A DNA stretch of 64,000 bases from Antechinus flavipes (GCF_016432865.1 NC_067398.1:706800001-706864000), one strand, 5' to 3'; numbered from the stretch's first letter, positions 39,007 to 50,453 are shown. Notes: generated by a model not told the origin, from the letters alone. Program-made: numbers and translations.

Positions 39007-42000
39007 ATATCAGCTGTAAATAGCAAAATGGGAGACTTTTAAAAACTCCCTGTTTTAATTTTGTTCTGTGAGAAATTAAAAATCTGGGTATGCACCAGCC
39101 ACAATTTGTGGATTTCCAATTAAATCCAACTTATTAATAGGATTATTTTACTATTTAAATTTTTAACATGATTAAAAAAATTATTCCCTTTATTATTTAC
39201 AACCAATGATGACTGAATGGTCATATAACAACAAGCTGGAATCATCCACTTTAATTTCAGGTTAAATCTCATTTTCTATTTGTGCTGTCTGTCTCAGACA
39301 TATATATTGAAGATGGATAAGCTCTATAAGTTGTATGCTCTACCCAAATGCATGCTCTAATATGGACCACAGATGCTCTTCATCCACTTAAATCTTTCTT
39401 GTATGGCTGGTCAGGCCAAAGTCTTGATTGGTTACAAATCTCTTCCTTGAGCCTTCACAATATTCTTGGACTTGAACAATCAGCACAAAGTCATCCACGG
39501 ATTTTTTTATACAGCAATGTGAATCACAATAGCTTCGGAAGACCTGAAAAGAATATCACATAGAAGGCATAGTAGAATGGCACAAAGTGGATATGAGAAG
39601 ACTGCAACTTATAAATAATAAGGAACTTTGAGAAGTTAAGAAATATACTCAGAAAAATGGATGAGAGGAATAGAACAGGGAAGTGGCCAGGGCAATAGCT
39701 TACATCACTGGAGAGAACATCCAAATTGAGTACACAGATCTTTGTAAGCAGAGTTACTGGTGGTCTCTTCTTCAGGTCAATAACTGATAAATTCTTAAAA
39801 CAGACTTTAAAAAGGTTTTTTAAATTCTTACATCTAGATTTCCTCATTCGTTTCTCCTACGCTCTCTTATAAGATTTTTTTGAAAGGGAAAAAAGAGGAA
39901 GAGAAAATTCAGCAAAACTAATTACTATATCGGGGTAAAAAAGCCCGAAATAATATGCAATGTCCAAGATCCATGAACATTCTACCCTTGTAATGTACAT
40001 ATGGAAAGGTGTCTTTTTATCTCTTCTTTGGGGCAGCCTTTGTTCTTTTTAATTTCACAACATTCTTTTTTTTTTTTTTTTTGTGAGAGGTAATTCTATC
40101 CACTTTTATTGTTATAGTTTTTTTTTGTGTGTAGATTGATAAATTTTGAAGCAATAGTTTCTGAAATATGGTAAATAGCTTCAAGGAAAAAAACCCTGTG
40201 GAACACAAACTATCTTAAAGTTTTCATCGAAAATTCATGGTGATCTACATGAAAAAATGCATGCCTTTAAGTTCAAGCTAATTCATAGATTCTTCATTAC
40301 TTTTCATCATTTTACTCTACACTTCTCTGTGCCCAAAGATTGATCCACATGACCAAGTCCAATAAAATAACTTGAGGCTTGGAAAAACCAGCATTTTCTG
40401 CCAGATATAGGTTATGTAAGTTATAGCCATCAGTCAGTCAACATGCATTTAAGTCCTATTCCATGTCAGGTTCTTTGCTAAGGGTTGGTGACAGGAAGGC
40501 AAAAGACAATTCATGCTCTCAGTCTAATTAGAGTGATAGCTTAAAATATTTGGACTCTATTCTTTAGAAGTATCTCAATCTGATCTTTTGAGGGCATCTG
40601 AGCAAGGTTGGTTTATTTTAAGCTTAACTTTAATGAACAGGTAATAGGCTAGCCAACTGAACCTGAGGTAACAATTAATTACTAATTCCATAAGAATCAA
40701 ACTTAAGATTTTTCTTTATGATTAGCTTTGCTCATTCTAAGCCTAGTCATCCTCTTATTTTTGATGGAAAGGTCATAAGGTAGTTCAATGGAAAAAGGTG
40801 TTTGTGAATAGCAAATGGACTTCTGAAGCTGCTAAACAAATTTATCTCAACATGCTGTGTGTCCAAAATTACATGTCTCAAGAACTACTCTAATTCTATT
40901 TTTCACTGTAAAAAAGCAAAATTTTCTTCAGTTTAATCTTTAAAACCAATCTATTTAGATATTAAAGAAATTCAACATGTAGACATCATGATTTGCAATT
41001 TTAACCCCTCCTTCTCTTCCACTATTCCTTCTCCCTTCCAGCTTATTTCCATTCCATCAGGTCATATGCATTCTATTATTTTAAAAACTAAAAAAAGAAC
41101 TTTATTTCCAAATTCTAAAAAAAATAAAAAGCTTAATTAAAAAAAAAACTGCTCTAGAAATCAAGCAGGAAAATGTTCCTCATTTAAATAAAGATTGCTT
41201 GGAAACAAAATCAAGATTTTTTTTGAACTCTAAATAAGGATTCTTTAAACTTTAAGTTTAACTAAAATTATCGATTTTTTAAAAATGAAAAGATACACTT
41301 TTAAATCTCCTAGAGACTTACATATACAGTAGATACTTAAAAATGTTGAACTGATACCAAATTGGGAAGTAATCTCATCAAGATTTGGACACCATGATCA
41401 GTAGCTGCATAGAAGATGTTCTTTCAGGATAACCCTGGGTTTCTGCAGGAACAGCACGAAGTGAGTAAAAATTATCAAAGTGCTACAAAACCCATTACTC
41501 TCTAAATAGAAATAAATTCTACAACTTTATAACAGTTCAAAATATTTTATGTCATCTCTAACATAAATATGTAACTGACATGGAAATCAATTTTGGGAAC
41601 ATTAGACATGCAGTTTAATTCACAGTATTATTTGACAAATTATGTACTGATATGCTGTAAACACAAGTATTTTTCACCAAACATTTACAATAAACATTAA
41701 GGGAAATGATTTCAATACAAATTTATGGTGCATAGCTTTGGTTAATTTTAGCTTAAATCATCCATCACTAGAAATACCACCACAACACTATAAATTAACT
41801 ACAGACAAGATGTACTTTTAAAACTAAACTGCTGGAATCTTAGTGTGTAAATCCAGCTTGCACAGACACTGTGCAATAATCCCAGAGTCTTCCTTCACAA
41901 AGACATTTAAATCAGTTGTGATGTCCCTGTTTACACACAGTACTACAGGGAATCTAGAGACTGAGACTTCATTACAACCTTTACTCTGACACCATGGACA

Positions 42001-43029
42001 GTTAAGTCAAAATATTACAGTACTTTAAGAGTCAAAATGGACCTTCTAGACTATGTAGTCTGTGCCTTTCACGTTACATATGAGTAAAGTGAAGTGGAGA
42101 AAAGTACCTTGCTCAGTGTCCCGAAGCTCAGAAGGAACCAGAGCAAACCAAGGCCCACTACTTCCCATCCAGGCAGGTGCTTTTATTATTTCTGTGTGTG
42201 ATGCTCTATGCAGGTAGTTAAGTTTGTATCCTCCAGCTACAGATCAAGAATAAAGATTTTGGTAGTATACCCAACAACAACCAGCCAATGACTTTTAAAC
42301 TTTTTTAGGAATGGCACTTCCCATTCTTAGGAACATTTTAATAATCACTACAACATGGAGCCGAGACTTTATTAAGGAAAATCCAATTCTGGTCCAAACT
42401 TCTACTGCTACCCACTTTCCTTAAAAAAAAAAAAAAAAAAATTGCTTAATCTATGATAGTATCTTCTTTCAAGTTTTATTTGTATTTCTTCAACAAGGAT
42501 AAGACAGCTTGAAAAACCCAGCAACATTATTTATTAAGCAAGTACTATATATAATTAATATAGTGGGTACTATAGGATATATATAGAAAATATAAAATAT
42601 AAGCTCTGCCCTAAAGAACTTTACATTTTGATTATGTAGGCAATGTATAAAAACCATGGGAAAAATGACTATTGGATATAAGTGAGTTTACACTAAGTAA
42701 CAGCAGAGTCTAACTGCAGTAAGAGATTTCCTCCCCCTCTCTCCTCAACCACTTAACTTACTGCCTTTCTTGGTCTCAAGTTTCCTCATCTTTAATGCTC
42801 ATGAGGAGAATCAATGACTTCTAAGATTTTTCCCAGCTCTAAGGTGCCTATGGAAACTTGAAAATCTTATAGGCAGTCAGTAGAGGTAAAGTATAATAAC
42901 TTGAGGAGTCAGCAGAGCTTTCTGAGTCTACCCTCCAAGAACTTAGGGTATAATAGATACAAAATGCCATAAGTCAACAAATTTTAAAAACAGCTTGCAA
43001 TTAGACAGTGGTTTAAAGCCTAGTCACTA

Positions 43030-44200
43030 TCTGTTGTACTACCCACCTAACTTTATTAAGTACTGTGTTAAGCAATAGGAATACAAAGACAAACAAAAAC
43101 AGGGTGCCTGCCCTCAAGTGGCCACCTTTTGATGGGCACATGAGCATGCATACAAGATAAATATGGAGGAGGATCCATGAATGGCAATCTTTCTTGCAAA
43201 AGATGAGATCGGAACTAACTCTTAAAAGGGGTCCAGGAGAGAACCCTGTGGGAGCCGTCTAGTTAGAGGTCACAATCTGGACGAGAATCCAGCAAACATA
43301 GAAGAATTGGTCAGATAAGCAAGAAGGGACAAAATAATGTCCTAAAAACCTACAGAAGTTAACAAGGAAAAGTTGGTGATAGTGTTAAAGGCTGCAGAGA
43401 GTTTGCACAGAATGAGAACTGTGAACAGGTCATTGGCTCTGACAATTATGAAATCACTGGTAACTTCAGAGAGCAGGTTTGGTAGATTAATGGGGTCAGA
43501 AGCCAGACCATAGGTGGAACAGACAGTGGAAACACCTATGTTGATGTACTTTTGGGAATTTAGCTACATGGAGCAGAAGAGGAATAGGATAACAGTTAGC
43601 AAGAATAGAATAGTAAGTCAGGATATCTGAGGATGAGGGACAGTCCAAAAAGAAGGTCTCAGATATTAAGTGACTTAAGTGGAATCAAAACCTCTAAAAG
43701 CTTCAATTCCTAATAAAAATGGGGATAGTACCTGGCCTACTTACTAAACAGGATTGTTTAAGAATCAAACAAAATGTATGTAAAGCACTTTGCAAACCTT
43801 GGGCATACTTGGTCAGCTATTTGTGGTCTGCACAAATGAGTACATTAGCTTAGAGAACTAACTCCAGGAGGAGAAGGCCCTCTAGCAAAGGTCAGCACCT
43901 TCAGCGAAGTTAGCACTCTTAGAGTATAGTCTAAAATTATCATTCCAATGCCCTAGGGCTAGAGAGGCTTCAAAGGTGAGCAGAGACCAGAGCAGTCTGG
44001 AAGATCAGGTAGGACTCAGATAGGCAGGAAGGGAGCCAGGAAGGATATTCCAAAGCAAGGGACTAGTAAAATGGATGGGGAAATGAGTCACAGTGAGGGA
44101 GGAGAAAACCGGTGTCCTTGGATAGGGATAACTAGGATAGGGTTTAGACAGAAGAATGGGGCATAGGCCTGGCCAGACTGTCTGGGTCCAAGCTACAGAT
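43030..44200 (-). mobile_element. L2 fragments
   Basis: tttattaagtactgtgttaagcaataggaatacaaagac (reverse-complement L2 tail) followed by a purine-rich L2 body. Confidence 0.6.
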
Positions 44201-46424
44201 TGCATGGGGTCATCAAGAGACTAATATAAGATGCTAGTAAGAAGAATTAAAAAAAAAAGTTTGAGAAACATAAGGAAAGAAGATCTGGTAGTATCCGAAG
44301 ACTGATTACACATGATTGTTTTGGAAGAAGTAGGAATCAAGCCAAGTTTGAAGCTGAACTACTTAAAACATACTCCACTATTTCCAAACTCAGGGCTAAG
44401 GATCACCAGTAAGTAACCTAACAACAACGTTGGCCTTCAGCAACTGCCTGCCCGATTTGCTTTTTTCCCCCTCTCTTCTGTATTTCTAATAAAAGGAATC
44501 CAAGTAAGTTTTGAGAAAAAACAGGGGAAAATGACCTTATGGCATCAATAATAAAACTTTAGCTATGATAAACTATCCTTCAATCTCTGCTGGTCTCTGA
44601 TCACATTTTGTGCAGATATTTCAGTCATATTTTGTGCATGGACCATAACTCTTATAAAAATTTCAAATAAATACATGCATTGATTCCTTTGTTGATTTAT
44701 TTAAATTATAATAGTGCCTTCCATTAGGATTTTTGTATGAAACCCATATAAATCATCAACTATGTCCAGGGGAAGCCCATTCCAATTTTGGATTGTTCTG
44801 TTATTAGAGTTTCTTGTGACACTTCACTCTAAATAATGAAGCAAGAGTACCAAGCTCTGACTGGAGAAACTTTTATTTCTTCTTCAATCCACTCCATGCT
44901 GAAAACAGGACTAGAATAATGTAACTTTCTCCTACTCAAAACTCTCCCTTAAAGCAAGGAAAGGTGGTTCCTTGACTTCCTTGAATGCAAAGTAAACAAA
45001 AGAACCAGAGAAGTCAACAGAATAAAAGAGCTCAAGCTGTAAGGCGTGTTTTAAACAGTCTTTAATGGGTATGACAATCCTTCAAATAGAAAGGTAGCTT
45101 AATTTACAAAGGAACTATAAGACCATCTAGATAATGTTTTCTCAGCTGTGAAATATAAGGTTAGATCAGATCCTCTCTTGAAGGTCCTAGAAGTTTTAAA
45201 TCTATGACTAAGATCATTTACCAAGTTAAAATGGTCATTTTCCCAACTTCTTGCACATGCCATTCTCTGGATTTTTTTTTCTCTCCACCTTATTATTGAT
45301 CCAGAATTTTTGTACTGCAGAACCAAAAGGCTAAATAAATGGCCATCTGGAAATTTCTGCTGGGTCAAGCAATTTGTAAACAATAGTCTATCTACCTCTC
45401 AGTGCAGGAGACTCCCAACAATCACAATGCTTATCACATCACTCTTTATTACCCTTTTTCAATATAGAAAATTGTAGTCCTTTTTTTTTTTTTTTTAAAC
45501 CTTTGTTACCTTTCAATCAAGTCAGTAACTCTTAAATTAGCAAATTTCTTCAGACCAATTCAAAATGCTTATCTTCTCCAAAGCTACTCTTGGTTCTCCC
45601 TTTGGGCAAAACAAAAACATTCACTCTCAAACTTAGGAAATTATACTGCTCTTTTCCTATTTCAAACATCCCTCTCATGACTTTTCCTCTGGAATTACTA
45701 ACTTCAATTCCTATAGCCTTTACAAGAACCTCCCTGCCTTGAATCTTTCATTCAGCTCTAGTACTATTTCAAAACCCACTTTTCCACTCACCATGCAAAA
45801 CACAAAAGCATTTAGATATTATTACATTTGATGTGTGAGATAGGAATAGCAAGTACAACTCCTTCCAAACCTAAGGCTCGGAGAGTAAATAACTTGGACC
45901 GTCACATGGCTCCTAATAGAAGTCACAGCTAGAACACAGGATTCCCAGGCCCCATCCTTTTCATTCTTACATCCTGTCCCCCATTATGGGACAGGCAAGA
46001 TTGCCACGTGGTCTGAGAATTTGTGGTGCCACTCACTCTCACTGATTCATTCATTCATTCACTTGCTGAGTAACCTTGAGTGGAGCACTTTGTTTCTTCC
46101 AGTCTGGTTTCCTCTTTGGTTAAATGAGGATAATACTTGCATTATTCACCTCACAGAGTTATTAGAAAAATACCCTGAAAACCTTAAAGAGCGATAAAAA
46201 TATGAGTTTTTATCATTGCCATTTCCTCATCATTTCTTAAGAATGTGGCTGTTACAACAGAACTAATGTGGAAATGTTTATGTGATTGCACACATGTATA
46301 ACCTATATCAGATTGCTTGCCGTCTTGGAGAGGAGGATAAAAAGGGGCAGGGGAATGGAAGTCAAAATTTTATAAAAGATGAATTCTGAAAACCATCTTT
46401 ACATGTGATTGGAAAAACTAAATC

Positions 46425-46467
46425 TCTCTCTCTCTCTCTCATACACACACAGACACACAGACACACA

Positions 46468-46500
<33 letters not shown>
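46425..46500 (+). repeat. Compound (CT)n/(CA)n microsatellite at the tail of an L1 3' end (~46250-46420)
   Basis: Seen directly. Confidence 0.9.
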
Positions 46501-46502
<2 letters not shown>

Positions 46503-49500
46503 CTGTTATCAAATAACATTTTCCTCAAAAGATTTACAACAACCTTCTCAATATTCTTTCCAGACTCTCTTCCAAGACTTGTACCAAATTTGTACTATTC
46601 TCCTCCAAAGCCTGATTTTCACTACCACCATAGTAACAACCCTCTAAATCCCTGTTCCTAAAAGGAGCCTTCTCATTCTTATTCCCAAAATACTGTCCCA
46701 AGGACTCAAACTGTAGCTTCACAAATTAAAAAGCTGTACTTGGATTTCTTCTAGTTCTACAAATCAGATTACTCATTTTAAAAGAATAGTTAACACTACT
46801 TTTCTACTTTGATTCGGGCATTAATTTAGGCTGTCTGGCCACAATGTCCCAATAATTTCCTTTCCATAAGTTTCTAACAATTCTCTTCTGATAACTTGCT
46901 AAATAATACTCTGGGAGTATTGAAGTCTAAGGACATATATAATCATATCCCCACTATATTTCCTATTAAGGAAATGAATTAAACATGTAAGCAAACATGT
47001 AAGCACTTACTATGTGCCAAGTACTATGCTGGGCACTTCAGATACAAGTACCTAAAAAGAGTCTCAATTCTCGAGGTGATCATATTCTATTTGGGTTCAG
47101 CTACCATGTGAAAGAACAGTCTGGAAATTTTAGGGGGCTGTGGTAGGGTTCTTGCAGTATACTAGCACATTAGATGATAGTGATGAAAGATATAGTGGCA
47201 GGACGATGGTAAAGCGCTGTTGTAATTCAATTGTGTCGGACCCTCTGCAACTCCATTTGGGACATTTCTGGCAGAGATATTGAAGTGGTTTGCCATTTCC
47301 TTCTCCAGCTCATTTGACAGATGAGAAAACTGAGGCAGACAGAGTAAAAAAGCTAGAAAGTGTGAGGGGTAGGATTTGAACTCAGGTACTCCTGACTCCC
47401 GGCCCAGTGCTCTATCCACTTCTTTCCACATAGGACATCAAACGCTCACCTTCAGGTGCTCTGCTGGAAGGAATGCAAATTTTTTTTTGACTGCTAAAAC
47501 CTCACAAGATATTTTGGGGTTTATGGACTAGGACCCAGCCTTAAACTCAAATCACTCTACCTCTCCCATGTTGGCCAACAATCTGTCCAAAGCCAAGCTC
47601 CAATTGATCATTGTTAGGACTCTGATTTACTCAAAGTGAATGCAAACAGCAACCAGTTCTGTTTTGGCAGGAATGACAGAGGGTCTTACTCTCCCAGATT
47701 GGAAATTTTTTTTTGTGACTAGGTCAAAGATGCCATTTTTTGCCTCAATTCTTACCTAGCCTTAATCACAGAATGGGTTTTGCCTCAATCAAACCTTTAG
47801 GTCAAAAAGGCAAAGTTCTCCCACTGAATCCCAAGTCATCTTCAGTCATCCTAATCTCTATCTGGCCACTGGACCCAGATGGCTCTGGAGGAGAACATGA
47901 GGCTGGTGACCGTGCACAGCCTTCCCTCATGCATGTCACGGCATCACCTCCTTGATGGCATGGTCCTCTTTGAGAGTGGAAAGATTCCTAGACACACTGA
48001 TAGGTTAGAGTATGAGCAGCCTGAGGTCATGGAAGAGGGAAGAGCATCTCTTACAAGGTCTAAGTGTCTGTATGACTCAGGTAAGTCACTCATCCAAGCA
48101 ACCAAATATTTTACTTCCCAAGAACTGTGCTAAGTCCTAGGATTCAGTTTCCACATCTGCAAAATGAGGGGATTGGACTAGCTGCTTTCTGCCACCTCTT
48201 CTATCTGCCTCTTGATCTAAGATCCCATAGTCTGTGATCACACAGCCCCCCTTTGCAGTTTCCCTTCCTACTCTATTAGATACAATTATTATATTATTAT
48301 ATTTATATGGTCCACTTCTATACTTCTTCCTTGAATCTTGGGAATTCTGTCTACTTGGCCAACTTTCCCCTCATTCCCCTTCAGAACTTCAACACAACTT
48401 TTAAATTCTACTATCACCTCTTTCCCGTCCTATGTTTATAGCTCCCTTGTATCATATCATAATCCTCTTGTCCTAGAGAAACTTGATCCTTTTTGCCCTA
48501 GCCCACCCTTCTCTGGTACACAGGCAATCCCACTGTTAAGTGCCACACACTAAAGTCCTATCCCCCAATCTTGGCATCCCAGCTCTGTGTGACCCCAGGA
48601 AATCAGTCACTTCCCTAAGCTTTACTTTTCTCCTCTGTAGAGCGTTATTGATAAAACACTACCCATTTAGCAGAACTGTTCTTAAGTAAAGTACTAACTG
48701 TGAACTCCAGTGATTACTAGTCTATTAAAAGATCATGGCCCCCAGCCCCCCAATCTCCATCGCCTCTTCTGCCCTACCCTATAGCTCCCTTCTAGGAAGC
48801 TGAGATCACCGACCATTCTTCTCTTTGTTTATCCCAAAGCAGGGATAAGATAAGGTCCATTCATATCATAAAATCCCCTTCTACCTTGCCATGGGCCCCC
48901 AATGTCTCTCAACTCCATATGGGCACATATGTAGCATTCACTCCAGCACTGCCTTGACGGCTGCCTGGCCCCTGTTCCTCTCCTCCCCATGGAAGTCAAA
49001 GGCTATTCATTCCCACATGGCCCTCATCTTCATCCCTAGCATCTGCTCCTACACCTGGGGATTAACCCAGCCCGGAGAGCATATCGTCATGACCTCCCCC
49101 TTCTCATTTCAGAAGGGGGTGGAGGTAAGAATGACATAGCTGCCCCACCCCCAGCATCTAGGCTCCCAGCTCCCAAACTGTTGAATATAGGAGGTCTCAG
49201 TCACTCCAAAATAACCACTGTCCACACAATCCTCCATACCTAGAAGGGGAATTCATCCCGACACTCCCTTAATCTTGGACCCTCCCACCCCCCAGGACTG
49301 GAGGAGAACCCAAAAGACTCACGTCCTCCCACTTTCTAACAATTGGGCCGGAGACAGACCCCTCCCCACAATAACTCTTGCCGGGACTTGTTCTGTGTGG
49401 GCCAAGTAGCCCATTCCCCTCATGAAGCCCCCTCCTCACTGTGTCCATTCCTTTATCCACCCAATAAGAATCGTGCCTGCCCCTTTCCTTCGGTAACATT

Positions 49501-49621
49501 TTCTAATTCTCCCCAAACCCATGACCCTTAGTCTGCTGCCCAATATAGATCTGTCTGTCCATACTCTGGAGCCCCGCCCGGCCCTCGCCCCGCTTCCCTC
49601 AGGCTTGGCCCTGTGGCCGTC

Positions 49622-49740
49622 CCAGGCAAAGTCCCCTACCCCCGGAACTCCCAGGCCTGGGCCCCTCCACACCGGGGGTCCCAGGCAAAATCCCTTCCCT
49701 CCCGGAGCCCCCAGGCCGGGGCCCCTCCACCCCGAGTCTC
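49622..49740. repeat. Two-copy ~60-bp tandem duplication, G-run rich on the sense strand
   Basis: 49622-49680 vs 49681-49740 align with 10 mismatches and 1 gap (hand count); directly abuts the splice donor. Confidence 0.85.
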
Positions 49741-49742
49741 AC
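49737..49742 (-). promoter_or_regulatory. SPPL3: 5' splice donor of SPPL3 intron 1 (GTGAGA)
   Basis: TG|GTGAGA directly after the Trp8 partial codon; fits the GTRAG consensus. Confidence 0.9.
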
Positions 49743-49765
49743 CACGAGTAGGTCTGCTCCGCCAT
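49743..49765 (-). CDS. SPPL3: SPPL3 exon 1 coding portion (signal peptide peptidase-like 3, intramembrane aspartyl protease)
   Basis: Minus strand reads GAAGCC-ATG GCG GAG CAG ACC TAC TCG TG|GTGAGA = MAEQTYSW, matching the recalled N-terminus of vertebrate SPPL3 (MAEQTYSWAYSLVDSS...). Strong Kozak (G at -3, G at +4), inside a CpG island, immediately followed by a GT donor in phase 2. Confidence 0.93.
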
Positions 49766-49947
49766 GGCTTCGCTGCTGCGGGTCTCGTCCTCCGGCTCGG
49801 GCTCGTCTAGGGCGCTCGCGAGCGCTGGGCCGGGCGGGGCTGCGGAGCCGGGCCCGGCAGGCCGCGGCAGGGCCGGGCCTCGTCCTCCTACTTCTCCTCG
49901 GGCCTCGCTCCTCCGCGGGCCGCGGGCGGCGCCGGCCTCTGACTCTC

Positions 49948-50001
49948 TCACCGACCTCCTCCGCGGCGGCGGCGGCTCCGCGGCGGCTCCGATCCCAACA
50001 T
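49948..50001 (-). other. Candidate uORF2, MLGSEPPRSRRRRGGGR* (17 aa); start overlaps a YY1-like motif
   Basis: GAGCCGCC-ATG-T at 50001 (GCCGCC Kozak), TGA at 49950-49948, 182 nt before the SPPL3 ATG. GCCGCCATGTT also matches the YY1 consensus CCGCCATNTT. Confidence 0.55.
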
Positions 50002-50104
50002 GGCGGCTCCGCGGCGGCGGGGCTTGGGCCTCCCTCGGGTTCTCCCGGCGGCGGCGGCTGAGGCTGCGGGCGGGGACGGGAGACGGGCGGGGAGGGGCAG
50101 GCCC

Positions 50105-50106
<2 letters not shown>

Positions 50107-50133
<27 letters not shown>
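50107..50133 (+). repeat. (GGC)9 trinucleotide repeat, (GCC)9 in the SPPL3 leader
   Basis: Nine uninterrupted GGC units counted directly; shorter GGC runs at ~49964-49975, 50012-50020, 50047-50058 and 50181-50195. Confidence 0.95.
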
Positions 50134-50135
<2 letters not shown>

Positions 50136-50154
50136 TAGAGCCTCCCTGGTTCCC

Positions 50155-50214
50155 TCACTGGCCCCGGGGCGCCGCGCTCAGGCGGCGGCGGCGGCGACGG
50201 CGGCCGGGGCTCAT
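50155..50214 (-). other. Candidate uORF1, MSPGRRRRRRRLSAAPRGQ* (19 aa)
   Basis: CCGGCC-ATG-A at 50214, in-frame TGA at 50157-50155; lies in the leader if the TSS is upstream of 50214. Confidence 0.5.
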
Positions 50215-50412
50215 GGCCGGCTCGGGCTCGCGGCAGCAGCGGCGGCGCTCGCCCACTCGCTTGCTCACTCGTACCCTCTTTGCTCCTTCTCTGTCTCGGC
50301 TCCGGCTCGAGGCCGCCCCGCTCCGCTCCCCGCCCGCCCGCGAGCCTGCGAGCCTCGAGCCAGCCAGGGGCGGCGCGAGGGGGAGAGCGCGAGCCTGCGG
50401 CCTCCGCGCGCT

Positions 50413-50439
50413 CACGTGCCCAAAACACGCTCACGTGAC
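50413..50439. promoter_or_regulatory. Tandem E-boxes (CACGTG at 50413-50418; TCACGTGAC at 50431-50439)
   Basis: Two perfect CACGTG cores 19 bp apart. The second has the TCACGTGAC flanks favoured by USF/MiT-TFE (CLEAR-like) factors. Confidence 0.7.
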
Positions 50440-50453
50440 GCGCGGACGCCGAC

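Larger units (their letters stand above)
1..49742 (-). other. SPPL3: SPPL3 intron 1 (continues beyond the left edge of the window)
   Basis: I found no sequence encoding the next SPPL3 residues (AYSLVDSSQVSTFL) between 1 and 49742. The region is repeat-dense, and SPPL3 is known to have a very long first intron in mammals. Confidence 0.8.
49766..50400 (-). other. SPPL3: SPPL3 5' leader (5'UTR part of exon 1); TSS position approximate
   Basis: Continuous GC-rich sequence upstream of the ATG up to the E-box/GC-box cluster. The TSS is inferred, not observed. Confidence 0.55.

Noticed and set aside
41395-41490. Possible box C/D snoRNA on the minus strand (TTGATAA ... CTGA ... CTGA)
   Set aside because: The C box has two mismatches, there is no terminal stem, and I recognise no rRNA/snRNA guide complementarity.
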